Numbered from the stretch's first letter, positions 10,333-21,411 are shown. The stretch is DNA of 64,000 nt from Croceivirga thetidis (GCF_012272815.1 NZ_JAAWWL010000001.1:1301146-1365145), one strand, 5' to 3'. The notes: generated by a model from the sequence alone, not told the origin. Translations and numbers: made by a program.

Positions 10333-11475
10333 TCAATATCCAAAATCAGCTTTGAGCGCATCTATTTTTTCAATGGCCATTTCTTTGGTTAAAAAGTCGA
10401 TTTCCTCCATCAAGAAAGATTTCTCAAAAGCCTTTTTTGCCTTCTTTGGCTCACCTATGTATTCGAGGTATTCGCCCTCGAAGTAAAAACCCAACATGGT
10501 TTCTGGATATGTCTTCTTACAAAGTTTTGCAAGTTCACCCAATGATTCATAATCTTCTTTTTTGAGCACACCCGCATAGATAGCCATAACATCGTTAAGT
10601 TCGATTTCTTTTTCAAAACCCAATAAATTCTCAATCATGGCATATTTGTCGAGTAAATATTGAAAAACCGGTTGGTCTGAAGTCAAAATTTTCTCTTTGT
10701 ACTCTTTTGGACTTATGGGTCTAAAAATCTTGAATACATTATCGAATGCTTTACTTATTCCATATGCGGCAATTGAGGTATGATCCGGTTCTTCGTATTG
10801 GTCAAAGAAGTAACGAATATTCTCTTTGTCAATAGAAGTAATTGCCCTGTCCATTTGAAGAATTCGGTTTCTGTCCTCAGTATTTTCTTTTTCTAAAACC
10901 AAATTGTAAAAAATCTGTTGCTTTAAATCCGTTAATCTTGCCGGAACCCTCGCTTCCATTTCTGTTGCCAGAAGTGGAGATATTATTAGGTAGGAGTTAA
11001 AAATCGACTGATCTTCAAACAAAAAGTAGTTGCCAAAATTTGCAGTTATGTCATAACCAATAAACATTTTAAATGGGGCAATACTATAGGTACCTTCCAA
11101 ATACGGAATTAGTTCTTTGCCAATAAAATCGTAGAACTCTTGTGCGTTGTCTGTTGGTAAGCCTGTAGTTTGTTCAAAATCACAATCTTCCCACCTTAGG
11201 TCATAACTAACTTGGTTAACGCCTACAATAATCGCTTCGGGCATTCTTTGATAGGTACCATAGAATTTTGCGTTGGCTACTACCATATCAAAAAGATACT
11301 CCGCATCCAAAACCAATATGAGCGGATATTTTTTTTCTTCTGTATAATCTTCTGGAAAGAAATATTGAAGCTGCCTGCTATCTTGAAGTATGTACGAATC
11401 AAATTTTTCGGAAGTGACCTGTGCTTGTAACCCAATACAAAGTAGTCCGAAAAGCAGAAGTAGTTTTTTGGTCAT
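10333..11475 (-). CDS. secreted esterase-like alpha/beta-hydrolase-fold protein (possibly non-catalytic)
   Basis: Signal peptide (MTKKLLLLFGLLCIGLQAQ). YPLILVLDAEYLF resembles the putative-esterase (PF00756-like) family. No clean GxSxG nucleophile elbow was seen. Confidence 0.35.
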   Translation of the reverse strand: MTKKLLLLFGLLCIGLQAQVTSEKFDSYILQDSRQLQYFFPEDYTEEKKYPLILVLDAEYLFDMVVANAKFYGTYQRMPEAIIVGVNQVSYDLRWEDCDFEQTTGLPTDNAQEFYDFIGKELIPYLEGTYSIAPFKMFIGYDITANFGNYFLFEDQSIFNSYLIISPLLATEMEARVPARLTDLKQQIFYNLVLEKENTEDRNRILQMDRAITSIDKENIRYFFDQYEEPDHTSIAAYGISKAFDNVFKIFRPISPKEYKEKILTSDQPVFQYLLDKYAMIENLLGFEKEIELNDVMAIYAGVLKKEDYESLGELAKLCKKTYPETMLGFYFEGEYLEYIGEPKKAKKAFEKSFLMEEIDFLTKEMAIEKIDALKADFGY

Positions 11476-11500
11476 TAGGTTATTCTTTTGATTATCAGTG

Positions 11501-12466
11501 CTATCGGTTTCGGTTCAATAACGGCAGTAACACAAAAGATATTGCCCCAAATAGGAGAATCATAAGGGTTTGGGCAATCCACATAATCCATCCAAATGCT
11601 GTACCACTAACTGTGCTGACATCAAATAATTCCAAAGATTTACTAACTGCTATCGGAAAAGCTAGAAATCCTCCATTGGTCGTTGTCATGGCAAAAGCAC
11701 CACCAACAAATGCCACCAAAATTGCCCCAAAGGAAAGGTCAACCGTTTCTAAGACTGTGAATTTAATAACCCAGAACATGAAAATGTAAGCAGTCCAGAT
11801 TACAAAGGTGTGAAAGATAAAAGCCCATTTTCGTTTAATCTTGAAGATGCTCAGAACTCCTTTAAGAGTATCATCCAGAAAGTTCTTGATTTTAATTGCT
11901 ATTGGGGAGGTGGATTTTCGTAGAACACGAATACCTAAAATCAAACCTATTATACCAACTATGATAAGTAAAGCCCCGCCTAAAATTCCTATTCCTGACT
12001 CTTTAATGAAACCGAGTATTAAATCGGTTTGAAGAATAAGTGCTATACCGATAACAAGAAATAGCATTATTAAGTCGATGATTCTTTCTGTCACAATGGT
12101 GCCCATGCCTTTTTCAAATGGAACGCCTTCATAGGTTGAAAGGGCAGTGGCCCTTAAAATTTCGCCCGATCTAGGCACACCTAAATTTGCTAGATAAGCA
12201 GTTAATATGATTAATGTATTGTTGAGTAATTTAGGTCTGTAGCCTAGGGGTTCTAAAAGGTAATTCCATCTAATTGCCCTAGAAATGTGGCTCAGTATTC
12301 CGATTAAAATTGAGATTGAGACCCAAAACAAATCGGCTTGTTTGATGTAAGAAACTATTTCAGAACGTTGTTCTGGGGTAGTAGAATTATATAAATACCA
12401 TATCAGAAATGCCCCAAGACCAATTGGGATGATAAATTTTAGGGTCTTTTTAAATTGGTCTGACAA
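11501..12466 (-). CDS. lysylphosphatidylglycerol-synthase-TM-like (UPF0104 / flippase-like) membrane protein
   Basis: Multi-pass membrane protein with an RW..LL...G and PxRxGE..R pattern typical of the LPG_synth_TM family. The only start available before the conserved N-terminus is TTG at 12466. Confidence 0.6.
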   Translation of the reverse strand: MSDQFKKTLKFIIPIGLGAFLIWYLYNSTTPEQRSEIVSYIKQADLFWVSISILIGILSHISRAIRWNYLLEPLGYRPKLLNNTLIILTAYLANLGVPRSGEILRATALSTYEGVPFEKGMGTIVTERIIDLIMLFLVIGIALILQTDLILGFIKESGIGILGGALLIIVGIIGLILGIRVLRKSTSPIAIKIKNFLDDTLKGVLSIFKIKRKWAFIFHTFVIWTAYIFMFWVIKFTVLETVDLSFGAILVAFVGGAFAMTTTNGGFLAFPIAVSKSLELFDVSTVSGTAFGWIMWIAQTLMILLFGAISFVLLPLLNRNR

Positions 12467-12467
12467 A

Positions 12468-12818
12468 CTAGTTCAATAAGTTGGTTTCCTCGTTCGGGAA
12501 AACCAAAGATGGATTAAAGGTTTTAGCCTCTTCAATATCCATAGATGCGTAGGTGATTAATATAAGAACATCACCAACAGCAACCTTACGGGCAGCAGCT
12601 CCGTTCAAGGTCAATTCTCCAGAGCCCCTTGGACCAGGTATGGCATATGTTTCCAATCGCTCGCCATTATTATTGTTCACAATTTGAACTTTCTCCCCAC
12701 GGATGATGTTTGCGGCATCCATTAAATCTTCATCTATGGTGATGCTACCGATATAATTAAGGTCTGCTCCTGTGACCTTTACTCGATGGATTTTGGATTT
12801 TACTACTTCTATTTGCAT
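12468..12818 (-). CDS. panD: aspartate 1-decarboxylase
   Basis: [32 protein letters not shown]..., 116 aa, a canonical PanD sequence. Confidence 0.9.
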   Translation of the reverse strand: MQIEVVKSKIHRVKVTGADLNYIGSITIDEDLMDAANIIRGEKVQIVNNNNGERLETYAIPGPRGSGELTLNGAAARKVAVGDVLILITYASMDIEEAKTFNPSLVFPNEETNLLN

Positions 12819-12840
12819 GTTGGGGGTAAAATTAGTTTTT

Positions 12841-13689
12841 TTAATTGAGGGCTATATTGTCGATTAACCGAACGTCATCTGCGTATACAGCGATGAAGGC
12901 CCTGTATTTTCTGTCCTTTTGTTTTTTTAATATTGGTGTGAGTGTGTCAATGTCAGTAATTTCAAAATATTCAAGATTAAAAATCTCATTACTAGCGAAT
13001 TGATCTATAACCCATTCCTTTATTTGAATAGCATTTTCTGTGCCAAACTTAGATTTGACATTTTTTAGAACATCGTAAATAAATCCACCTTGCTTTCTTA
13101 CCAATTTTGTCAGACGCTCATTGCGAGAACTCCTTGCAAGACCATTTTCTTCACGTTCAATAGGGCAAGGAACAATTTCAATTGGTATTTCCTCTTTTTC
13201 TACAAGTTTTTTGATTATTTGTAGCTGTTGAAAGTCTTTTTCTCCAAAGTAGGCCCTATTGGCTCTAATGGTTTGGAACAAAATTTTTACAATAGTAGCG
13301 ACACCGTTAAAATGATTTGCTCTAAACTCACCTTCCATTACCTTGTCCAGACCATCAAAAGTAAAATCCCCGGTTGTTAGGTTTCCTTCGTAAACCTCTT
13401 CGACTGATGGTGCAAAAACCACAATTCTTTCTGAAGTTTGTTGCAGCATTGCTAAATCATCTTCAAAAGTTTTTGGGTAGTTTTCAAGGTCCGATAGATT
13501 GTTGAATTGTGTTGGGTTCACAAAGATGCTTACCACGACCCAGTCATTCTGACTAATCGCTGTTGAAACCAGTGATAGATGCCCTTCGTGCAGAGCTCCC
13601 ATTGTTGGTACCAAACCAAGTGAGGAACCATTTTTCTTAAGTCCTTCTAAGAATTTGTTAAGTGTGGTTTTGGTTTTGAATATTTCCAT
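12841..13689 (-). CDS. panC: pantoate--beta-alanine ligase
   Basis: [15 protein letters not shown] is the PanC signature. The ORF track extends to 13740, but the ATG at 13689 (MEIFKTKT...) fits the family length better. Confidence 0.85.
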   Translation of the reverse strand: MEIFKTKTTLNKFLEGLKKNGSSLGLVPTMGALHEGHLSLVSTAISQNDWVVVSIFVNPTQFNNLSDLENYPKTFEDDLAMLQQTSERIVVFAPSVEEVYEGNLTTGDFTFDGLDKVMEGEFRANHFNGVATIVKILFQTIRANRAYFGEKDFQQLQIIKKLVEKEEIPIEIVPCPIEREENGLARSSRNERLTKLVRKQGGFIYDVLKNVKSKFGTENAIQIKEWVIDQFASNEIFNLEYFEITDIDTLTPILKKQKDRKYRAFIAVYADDVRLIDNIALN

Positions 13690-13793
13690 GGGAAAATTAA
13701 AAAGGCTTGCAAAAATACCATAAATACTAGTAATCGGCATAATTTTTGTACTTTTGCGGCTACGTTTTTCCAGACAAACAAAAGAATGATTTT

Positions 13794-14603
13794 ATGAACG
13801 GAAAAAAGATATTGTTTGTATCTTCTGAATTAGTACCCTACCTACCTGAAAATCAAGTTTCCTTAATGTCGTATGAAGCACCTAGAATGGTGAATAGTAA
13901 CGGTGGGCAAATTCGAATATTCATGCCTCGCTATGGAAACATTAATGAGCGCAGACACCAATTACACGAGGTGATAAGATTATCAGGAATGAATCTTGTA
14001 ATCAACGATATGGATATGCCCTTAATAATCAAAGTGGCGTCCATACCTCGGGAGAGAATTCAAGTTTATTTTATTGATAACGACGAATATTTTAAAAGAA
14101 AAGCCACTTTTACTGATAAGGATGGCAATTTGTTTGAAGATAATGATGAAAGGGCGATTTTCTTTGCTAAAGGTGTTGTTGAAACCGTTAAGAAGCTGAA
14201 CTGGTCTCCGGACATTATCCATGTTCATGGTTGGTTGGCATCAATGGTTCCTCTTTATTTAAGGGAATATTATGCAGACGAACCCCTGTTTGCGGATAGC
14301 AAAATAGTCACTTCGATTTATGATCGCGGTTTTGAAGGGGAATTGGACAAAAAAATGGTTGAAAAAATCGTTTTTGATGGTATTGAGAAGGAAAAAATTG
14401 ATGCACTTCAAACCCCTGACTATAATAATTTGTTAAAAACGGCAATGGATTATTCCGACGCAATTATTTTAGCCTCCGAAGAAATTTCGGATGAGTTGAA
14501 AGAACATGTGAAGGGTCTGAATAAGCCAACCTTACCTTACGTTACTTTCAAAGAAACGGAAGAAGCCTATACCAATTTCTACAACACCGAGGTTCTTAAA
14601 TAA
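13794..14603 (+). CDS. short glycogen-synthase-like protein (GT5 N-terminal domain only)
   Basis: KKILFVSSELVPY...HVHGWLASMVPLYL resembles the glycogen/starch synthase N-domain. At about 270 aa it lacks the C-terminal GT1 half. Divergent from panC; ATG at 13794. Confidence 0.55.
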   Translation: MNGKKILFVSSELVPYLPENQVSLMSYEAPRMVNSNGGQIRIFMPRYGNINERRHQLHEVIRLSGMNLVINDMDMPLIIKVASIPRERIQVYFIDNDEYFKRKATFTDKDGNLFEDNDERAIFFAKGVVETVKKLNWSPDIIHVHGWLASMVPLYLREYYADEPLFADSKIVTSIYDRGFEGELDKKMVEKIVFDGIEKEKIDALQTPDYNNLLKTAMDYSDAIILASEEISDELKEHVKGLNKPTLPYVTFKETEEAYTNFYNTEVLK

Positions 14604-14608
14604 GGTCC

Positions 14609-16459
14609 ATGATTTTTAATCGAAAATGTTCGATTGCGAATTATTTCGCAGTATTTGTTCTGTTGCTATTGGTGGCATGTGAAGAAGACTTGAATACCTT
14701 AGGGGAAGGGGTCGTCGGGGGAGAACCTTTTACTTCAGACCGTGTTGATTACGATGTGTTTGTTACCAACCAAAGGTTGCTGGCCGTTCAGACCAATAGG
14801 TTGCCGCTATATCAATTGGGCACTTTTAATGATCCAATATATGGCCGTAGTGAAGCAAAAATAACATCGCAACTGCGTTTGTCAACTACAAATCCTATTT
14901 TTGGAAACTTCTCACAGTCCACTGAAGACGCTGCTGATACTGACGATCTTGATGAAACAATTGATGAAATGGAAACGGTTACCGAGGTAATCTTATACAT
15001 TCCATATCAACTTGCATCACCAGAATTTAGGGATAAAGACAATGATGGAGTTCCCGTTAATGATGATTTCGATGATAATGATAGGGAAAGTGACTCTGAT
15101 GGTGATGGTGTTTCTGATGGAGATGAAACTGCCATTGGGTCAGACCCTTTAGACCCAGCTGTTACAGGCGAAGAAGATGATTTTGAACCAAATCGATTTC
15201 CACAGACATTTGCTATCGATAGCATTTTTGCCAGTGATCCGCTAAAGCCATTAGGCGAAATACCATTCAACGTTCGTGTTGATGAATCAACATTCTTTTT
15301 GGCAGACTTGGACCCAAACTCGAATTTTACAGAGGCGCAGGAATATTTTTCGAACAGCGATTTAACAACAGAATTTTCAGGTCAAAGACTTGATATTGAA
15401 ATGGAAAATCAAGTTGTTATTACAAATCAAGAATTTTTTGAGTTAACCGAAGATGACCTTGATACAGAAGAAAATGAATTTAATATTGAACGTCAGAATC
15501 CTGGAATCCGAATCCCATTGAATGTTGCCTTCTTCCAAGAAAATATTTTGAATAAAGAAGGGTCTTCAGAATTATTGACACAATCTAATTTCAATAGCTT
15601 TCTTCGTGGGTTACATTTTTCTATCGATGCACTTGGGGAAGATCTTTTACTGCTACTTGATTTAACCCAGGCGACGATAACTATTAATTATACTTTTTTG
15701 GATGTTCCCTCAACATCGGATACTGATGGTGATGATGCAACAGAGCCCGAAATAGTTGAAAGTTCTTATGTATTGAACTTAGTTCAATTGAATAATGGTC
15801 TTGTTTTTGGTAATGCGGTCAATACTATTTTGAATCCTAATTTCCCAAATAATTTAGATTACACAAGTTCAAACGCCGAACGTATTTATTTAAAAGGTGG
15901 TCCTGGTTCAGTAGCCGAGATTCGCCTTTTTGATATGGAAGACGGCCAGTCCATTATAGATGAGATTCGAGCAAATAATTGGATTATTAATGAAGCAAAT
16001 TTGGAATTCTATGTGGATCGAGAAACACTAGATATGGCTCAAGTTGCTTATGAACCACCTCGATTGTACCTATTTAATGCCGAGACCAACGCTCCGATTT
16101 TCAACGCTAATACTGAAAGTAATTCTGCAGAAACGCCTTTGGGGGCCTTTTTGAATTATGATGGAATTCTGGAACGAGACGGAGATTCAGGTATTAAGTA
16201 TACGGTGAGACTTACAGAATATCTTAATGACATAATTGTTCGTGATTCTGCTAATGTGCCTTTAAAACTTGCTGTTAGTAGTGATATACGTGTTGTGGCG
16301 GTTCAAGAATCCTTGGCTGAAGGATCTGATACTAATCCTGAAATCCCAATTATGTCTACAATAAACCCTTTCGGAACTGTCCTTTTTGGCGGAAATGTAG
16401 GTCCTGAAAATGAAGACAGAAAACTAAAATTGCGCTTGTTCTACACCGAAGCGAATTAA
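14609..16459 (+). CDS. DUF4270-family lipoprotein with acidic Ca-binding-like Asp repeats
   Basis: Lipoprotein signal (LLLLVAC). The panC / glycogen-synthase-like / DUF4270 / glmS neighbourhood is common in Flavobacteriia. Residues about 150-185 are DxDxDG-type acidic repeats (NDDFDDNDRESDSDGDGVSDGDE). Confidence 0.5.
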   Translation: MIFNRKCSIANYFAVFVLLLLVACEEDLNTLGEGVVGGEPFTSDRVDYDVFVTNQRLLAVQTNRLPLYQLGTFNDPIYGRSEAKITSQLRLSTTNPIFGNFSQSTEDAADTDDLDETIDEMETVTEVILYIPYQLASPEFRDKDNDGVPVNDDFDDNDRESDSDGDGVSDGDETAIGSDPLDPAVTGEEDDFEPNRFPQTFAIDSIFASDPLKPLGEIPFNVRVDESTFFLADLDPNSNFTEAQEYFSNSDLTTEFSGQRLDIEMENQVVITNQEFFELTEDDLDTEENEFNIERQNPGIRIPLNVAFFQENILNKEGSSELLTQSNFNSFLRGLHFSIDALGEDLLLLLDLTQATITINYTFLDVPSTSDTDGDDATEPEIVESSYVLNLVQLNNGLVFGNAVNTILNPNFPNNLDYTSSNAERIYLKGGPGSVAEIRLFDMEDGQSIIDEIRANNWIINEANLEFYVDRETLDMAQVAYEPPRLYLFNAETNAPIFNANTESNSAETPLGAFLNYDGILERDGDSGIKYTVRLTEYLNDIIVRDSANVPLKLAVSSDIRVVAVQESLAEGSDTNPEIPIMSTINPFGTVLFGGNVGPENEDRKLKLRLFYTEAN

Positions 16460-16587
16460 GTTACATTCCATTATACCAGTCGTAGAGTTTTTACGTTGTT
16501 AATCTGTATTTAAATTTTGTAAGAAAAGTAAAGATTAGCTTTGCAATGCTTATTAATTCGTATCTAACCAAGCAAATACATTAAAAT

Positions 16588-18435
16588 ATGTGTGGAATAG
16601 TAGGTTACATAGGGCACAGAGATGCCTATCCTATAATTATAAAAGGACTTCAGAGATTGGAATACCGAGGTTATGATAGTGCTGGTATTGTCCTTTTCGA
16701 TGGTACAGAGAACAATTTAGCCAAAACAAAAGGGAAAGTAGAGGACCTCAAACACAAGGCTGAAATTTCAATTTCAACCAAAGGTAAATTAGGCCTAGGG
16801 CATACACGTTGGGCTACCCATGGGGTGCCAAATGATGTGAATTCACATCCACATTATTCAAATTCCGGTGATTTAGTGATTATCCATAATGGAATCATAG
16901 AAAATTATGAGTCTATAAAGGCAGCTCTTATAAAAAGAGGATATGAGTTTCATTCAGATACGGACACCGAAGTTTTAGTGAACTTAATTGAAGAAGTAAA
17001 AAAACAAGAAGGCGTTAAACTTGGTAAGGCAGTACAGATTGCTTTGAACCAAGTTGTAGGTGCTTATGCGATTGCTGTTTTTGATAGAAGTAAACCCGAC
17101 GAAATTGTTGTCGCTAGATTAGGAAGTCCACTGGCAATAGGAATTGGTGAAGATGAATTTTTCATCGCATCAGATGCATCTCCTTTTATTGAATTCACGA
17201 ATAATGCCGTTTATCTTGAAGATGAAGAGATGGCTATTGTACGATTGGGCAAGGAAATTAAACTTAGAAAGATAAAGGATGATGCCATCGTTTATCCGAA
17301 TATTCTTGAATTGCAATTAAATCTTGAAGAAATTGAAAAAGGTGGATATGACCATTTCATGCTCAAGGAAATTTACGAGCAACCAAGAGCCATTAAAGAT
17401 ACCTACAGAGGTAGACTACTTGCAGATCAAGGTATAATTAGAATGGCAGGTATTGATCAGAATTTGGAGAAGTTCTTAAATGCCAATAGAATAATCATTG
17501 TGGCTTGTGGTACTTCGTGGCATGCAGGATTAGTTGCTGAATATATTTTTGAGGACTTAGCTAGAATTCCAGTTGAGGTTGAATATGCCTCTGAATTTAG
17601 GTACCGAAATCCAGTTATTACAGAAAATGACATTTTGATAGCAATTTCTCAATCTGGAGAAACAGCCGATACTTTGGCAGCAATAAAAATGGCCAAGGAA
17701 AGGGGAGCATTTGTTTTTGGTGTATGCAACGTTGTTGGATCGTCTATTGCACGTGAAACGGATGCAGGTGCTTACACGCACGCTGGCCCAGAGATTGGTG
17801 TCGCATCTACAAAAGCTTTCACCACCCAAATAACAGTTTTGACCTTGATAGCGCTAAAATTAGCCAAAGAGAAGGGCACTATAGAAGAATCCAAATACCA
17901 TGAATATTTGGTAGAACTAGAAGGTATACCTGCTAAGGTCGAAAGAACGTTGAAGACAAATCCTTTAATTGAGGAAATAGCTGAGGTCTATAAAGACTCC
18001 TCGAATTGTCTATATCTAGGTCGTGGTTACAATTTTCCAGTTGCTTTGGAAGGAGCACTTAAGCTTAAAGAAATCAGTTATATCCATGCAGAAGGATATC
18101 CAGCTGCAGAAATGAAGCATGGTCCGATTGCGCTAATTGATGAAGAGATGCCTGTTGTTGTAATTGCTACTAGAAAAGGGCATTATGAAAAGGTGGTAAG
18201 CAATGTTCAAGAGATAAAATCACGTAGTGGTAAAATAATAGCTGTGGTTACAGAAGGTGATCAACAGGTTACAGATCTTGCAGATCATGTGGTTGAAGTG
18301 CCGGAAACTTCCGAAACATTGACGCCATTGTTGACCACTATACCACTTCAATTGTTGTCATATCACATTGCTTTAATGAGGGGATGTAATGTTGATCAAC
18401 CAAGAAACTTGGCGAAATCAGTTACTGTGGAGTAA
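16588..18435 (+). CDS. glmS: glutamine--fructose-6-phosphate aminotransferase
   Basis: MCGIVGYIG N-terminal nucleophile, two SIS domains, C-terminal ...SVTVE, 615 aa. Confidence 0.95.
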   Translation: MCGIVGYIGHRDAYPIIIKGLQRLEYRGYDSAGIVLFDGTENNLAKTKGKVEDLKHKAEISISTKGKLGLGHTRWATHGVPNDVNSHPHYSNSGDLVIIHNGIIENYESIKAALIKRGYEFHSDTDTEVLVNLIEEVKKQEGVKLGKAVQIALNQVVGAYAIAVFDRSKPDEIVVARLGSPLAIGIGEDEFFIASDASPFIEFTNNAVYLEDEEMAIVRLGKEIKLRKIKDDAIVYPNILELQLNLEEIEKGGYDHFMLKEIYEQPRAIKDTYRGRLLADQGIIRMAGIDQNLEKFLNANRIIIVACGTSWHAGLVAEYIFEDLARIPVEVEYASEFRYRNPVITENDILIAISQSGETADTLAAIKMAKERGAFVFGVCNVVGSSIARETDAGAYTHAGPEIGVASTKAFTTQITVLTLIALKLAKEKGTIEESKYHEYLVELEGIPAKVERTLKTNPLIEEIAEVYKDSSNCLYLGRGYNFPVALEGALKLKEISYIHAEGYPAAEMKHGPIALIDEEMPVVVIATRKGHYEKVVSNVQEIKSRSGKIIAVVTEGDQQVTDLADHVVEVPETSETLTPLLTTIPLQLLSYHIALMRGCNVDQPRNLAKSVTVE

Positions 18436-18457
18436 CAAGGTATTTCAAGAAAACAGC

Positions 18458-18487
18458 AAAAAAGCCGCTCTTAAAGCGGCTTTTTTG
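18458..18487 (+). terminator. rho-independent terminator after glmS
   Basis: GCCGCT (18464-18469), loop, AGCGGC (18475-18480), then TTTTTT (18481-18486). Confidence 0.7.
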
Positions 18488-18639
18488 CTGTATTAGCAAT
18501 AAATACTGCCAAAATCCAATAAAATTTTACTATGCATGCATAATTAATTTGCGTTTTAAGAAATTTCACGGGAAAAAAAATGTATCTTCCCCGCCGAAAT
18601 TAACTTCCTTTTTTAGACTAAACTTAACGCAAATTCAAA

Positions 18640-21390
18640 ATGAAGAAGATTATAGTTCATGGCCTCTTTTTATTGATAGGGGCCTTTGCTTTTTCACAAA
18701 CAACCATTACAGGAAATGTTGTAGATGAAAATGGCCAGCCTGTTTTGGGAGCAAATATTGTTATTGTTGGAAAAGCTGTTGGTGCTGTCACGGATTTTGA
18801 TGGAAATTTCACACTAAGTACTGATGAAGTTCCTCCGTTCCAACTCAAGGTTTCTAGCTTGGGATATACCGAAACTACGGTTGAAGTCACTCAAAACAAC
18901 CAGAATTTGAGTATTACTTTAAATGAGGCCTCAACCCTTTTGGACGAAATTGTAATTTCCGCCTCACGAACACCTGAACGAATTTTTGAATCTCCAGTAT
19001 CGGTTGAACGATTCGGAATTAAGGATATTCAGAACACTACCGCAGAATCATTTTATGGTGGCCTGCAAAATTTAAAGGGTGTTGATATTAATACGAATAG
19101 TTTAACCTTCCAATCAATTAATACAAGGGGTTTTGCCACATTTGCCAACGTTAGGTTCATGCAGTTGGTCGATGGTATGGATAATACCGCACCTGGATTG
19201 AATTTTGTCCTAGGTAACTTGGTTGGTATGAATGAACTTGATGTTCAAAGTGTGGAAATTCTTCCTGGAGCTTCTTCTGCTCTATATGGTGCAGGTGCAT
19301 TTAATGGAATTCTTTTCATGCGAAGCAAAAGCCCATTCGATTTTCAGGGAATTAGTGCTTACGGTAAAACCGGTATCACATCTCAAGAAGCTGCTGGTGA
19401 CAATCAATATTATGATTTTGGAATACGAGCAGCACACGCCTTCAGCGATAAGTTTGCCGTAAAAACTAGCTTTTCCTTCCTTCAAGGTGAAGATTGGCAT
19501 GCGGTTAGTACAGCTAATGTTAACAATCCTGCTACTGATAGAACTGATCCAAACTACAATGGTTTAAATGTTTATGGGGATGAAGTAGCTACAACATTGA
19601 ACTTTGATACTTTGGCAGGCCTTCCGTCAGGTACTTTAGGCTCTGCCGTTATATCAAGAACTGGATATGATGAAAGGGATTTGGCCAATTATAACGCTCA
19701 AAGCGTAAAAGCTGACTGGTCAATGCACTATAGGCCATGGGGCAATGATCTTGAGTTGATTTATAACGGTCGTATCGGTCGCGGAAATACCATTTACCAA
19801 GGAGCAAATAGATATTCAGTTTCTGGTTTCAAAATGCAACAACACAAATTAGAGTTGAAAAACGATAATTTCTTTATTAGAGGATACATTGTTGCTGAAA
19901 ACTCAGGTGATGCCTACGATACCCGTTTTGCTGCTATCAATGTAAATAGAAGATGGAAAGGTGATACAGAGTGGTTTACAGATTACGCTACCACTTTCAT
20001 CGGAGCAAGATTAGGAGTGGGAACAGGTGTTCAAGCCACCGAAGAACAAGCACACGCAGCGGCAAGGGCAGCGGCCGATACTGGTAGGTTGATTCCCGGT
20101 ACACCGGGTTTTCAGAGTGCTTTTGATGCAGTAACTGCTGATGGGGATTTGACAACTGGAGCAAAGTTCATTGATAACACGAAGTTCAGGCATTTGAATG
20201 GTAATTACAATCTAGCACATCTAATTGATGATTGGGCCGATATTCAAATTGGTGGTTCGTATAGAGAATATGAATTGAATTCAGCTGGAACTATTTTCAC
20301 TGATTTTGATGGACCAATCACTTATGATGAATATGGTGCCTATGCCCAACTACAGAAAAAGTTTGCTGATGATAGATTAAAGCTTACCATTTCTGGACGA
20401 TACGATAAAAATGAGTTCTTCGATGGATTTTTATCTCCAAGGGCAGCTCTCGGAATCACTTTAGGTGAAAATAGAAATCACAATATTCGCTTTTCAGTTC
20501 AACAAGGGTTTAGAAACCCAACTACGCAAGACTTGTTCATTGGATTGAATGTAGGTAATGCCGTGTTAGTTGGTTCTGCCCCTGCGAATTTGGATAGGGA
20601 TGTAAGAAACTTTAACCTAAGTGCTGGCGGACAGGCTGTAACTGGTACTTCAACTGCAACAATCGTTGGGCGAGCAGCTTACGAAAATGCCTTTTTAGCA
20701 AGTTCAGTAGCGGCTGGGGCACCACAAGCGGTAAATACTCCGGTTATTCAACCAGAAGAAATTACTGCCTTTGAAGGTGGTTATCGTGCGCAGATAGGCA
20801 AAGTTTCCATTGATATGAATGGATATTATAATAAATACAAGAGCTTTATTGCCTTAAGAACAGTCTTAGTACCATTCTATGGTCAAGCAGGTGACAATGC
20901 ACTTTCATTACTTGCCCTTCAAAATGGAGACTTCTTTCCATATCAAGCGTATACCAATTCTGAGCAAGACATCAATTCATATGGCGGTAATATCGGTATT
21001 GACACGAATATTGGTGGTTTTGATTTGGGTGTAAATTATACCTACGCAAAATTAGATGTGAATGAAACCGAGTTGCGAGATTTGAGAACAAACTTCAATA
21101 CTCCAGAACATCGTTTTAAAGCTTCTTTTGGAAACGCTGAACTGTTTAAAAACTTTGGATTCGGTATTAACTACAGATGGAGCGATGAATACTTTTGGGA
21201 AGCATCATTTGGCGATGGTACCATAGATTCATTTAGTGTATTTGACGCCCAAGTAAATTATAGCGTTCCAAGCATAAAATCTGTTTTCAAGGCAGGAGGT
21301 TCAAACATATTGGGTGATGAATATGTGACCGCTTTTGGAACTGGGTTCATTGGTTCTATCTACTATGTTTCGTGGACAATTAATCCGTAA
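18640..21390 (+). CDS. TonB-dependent outer-membrane receptor (SusC/carboxypeptidase-regulatory-like N-domain)
   Basis: Signal peptide, TITGNVVDENGQPVLGANIV (CarbopepD_reg-like), a plug region, a long beta-barrel ending in an aromatic residue (...SWTINP). 916 aa. Confidence 0.8.
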   Translation: MKKIIVHGLFLLIGAFAFSQTTITGNVVDENGQPVLGANIVIVGKAVGAVTDFDGNFTLSTDEVPPFQLKVSSLGYTETTVEVTQNNQNLSITLNEASTLLDEIVISASRTPERIFESPVSVERFGIKDIQNTTAESFYGGLQNLKGVDINTNSLTFQSINTRGFATFANVRFMQLVDGMDNTAPGLNFVLGNLVGMNELDVQSVEILPGASSALYGAGAFNGILFMRSKSPFDFQGISAYGKTGITSQEAAGDNQYYDFGIRAAHAFSDKFAVKTSFSFLQGEDWHAVSTANVNNPATDRTDPNYNGLNVYGDEVATTLNFDTLAGLPSGTLGSAVISRTGYDERDLANYNAQSVKADWSMHYRPWGNDLELIYNGRIGRGNTIYQGANRYSVSGFKMQQHKLELKNDNFFIRGYIVAENSGDAYDTRFAAINVNRRWKGDTEWFTDYATTFIGARLGVGTGVQATEEQAHAAARAAADTGRLIPGTPGFQSAFDAVTADGDLTTGAKFIDNTKFRHLNGNYNLAHLIDDWADIQIGGSYREYELNSAGTIFTDFDGPITYDEYGAYAQLQKKFADDRLKLTISGRYDKNEFFDGFLSPRAALGITLGENRNHNIRFSVQQGFRNPTTQDLFIGLNVGNAVLVGSAPANLDRDVRNFNLSAGGQAVTGTSTATIVGRAAYENAFLASSVAAGAPQAVNTPVIQPEEITAFEGGYRAQIGKVSIDMNGYYNKYKSFIALRTVLVPFYGQAGDNALSLLALQNGDFFPYQAYTNSEQDINSYGGNIGIDTNIGGFDLGVNYTYAKLDVNETELRDLRTNFNTPEHRFKASFGNAELFKNFGFGINYRWSDEYFWEASFGDGTIDSFSVFDAQVNYSVPSIKSVFKAGGSNILGDEYVTAFGTGFIGSIYYVSWTINP

Positions 21391-21411
21391 GGTTAGAAAA
21401 CATATAGTTTT

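Noticed and set aside
15007-15270. Minus-strand Ser-rich 87-aa ORF
   Set aside because: It is a shadow of the acidic Asp/Ser repeat region of the DUF4270 gene.
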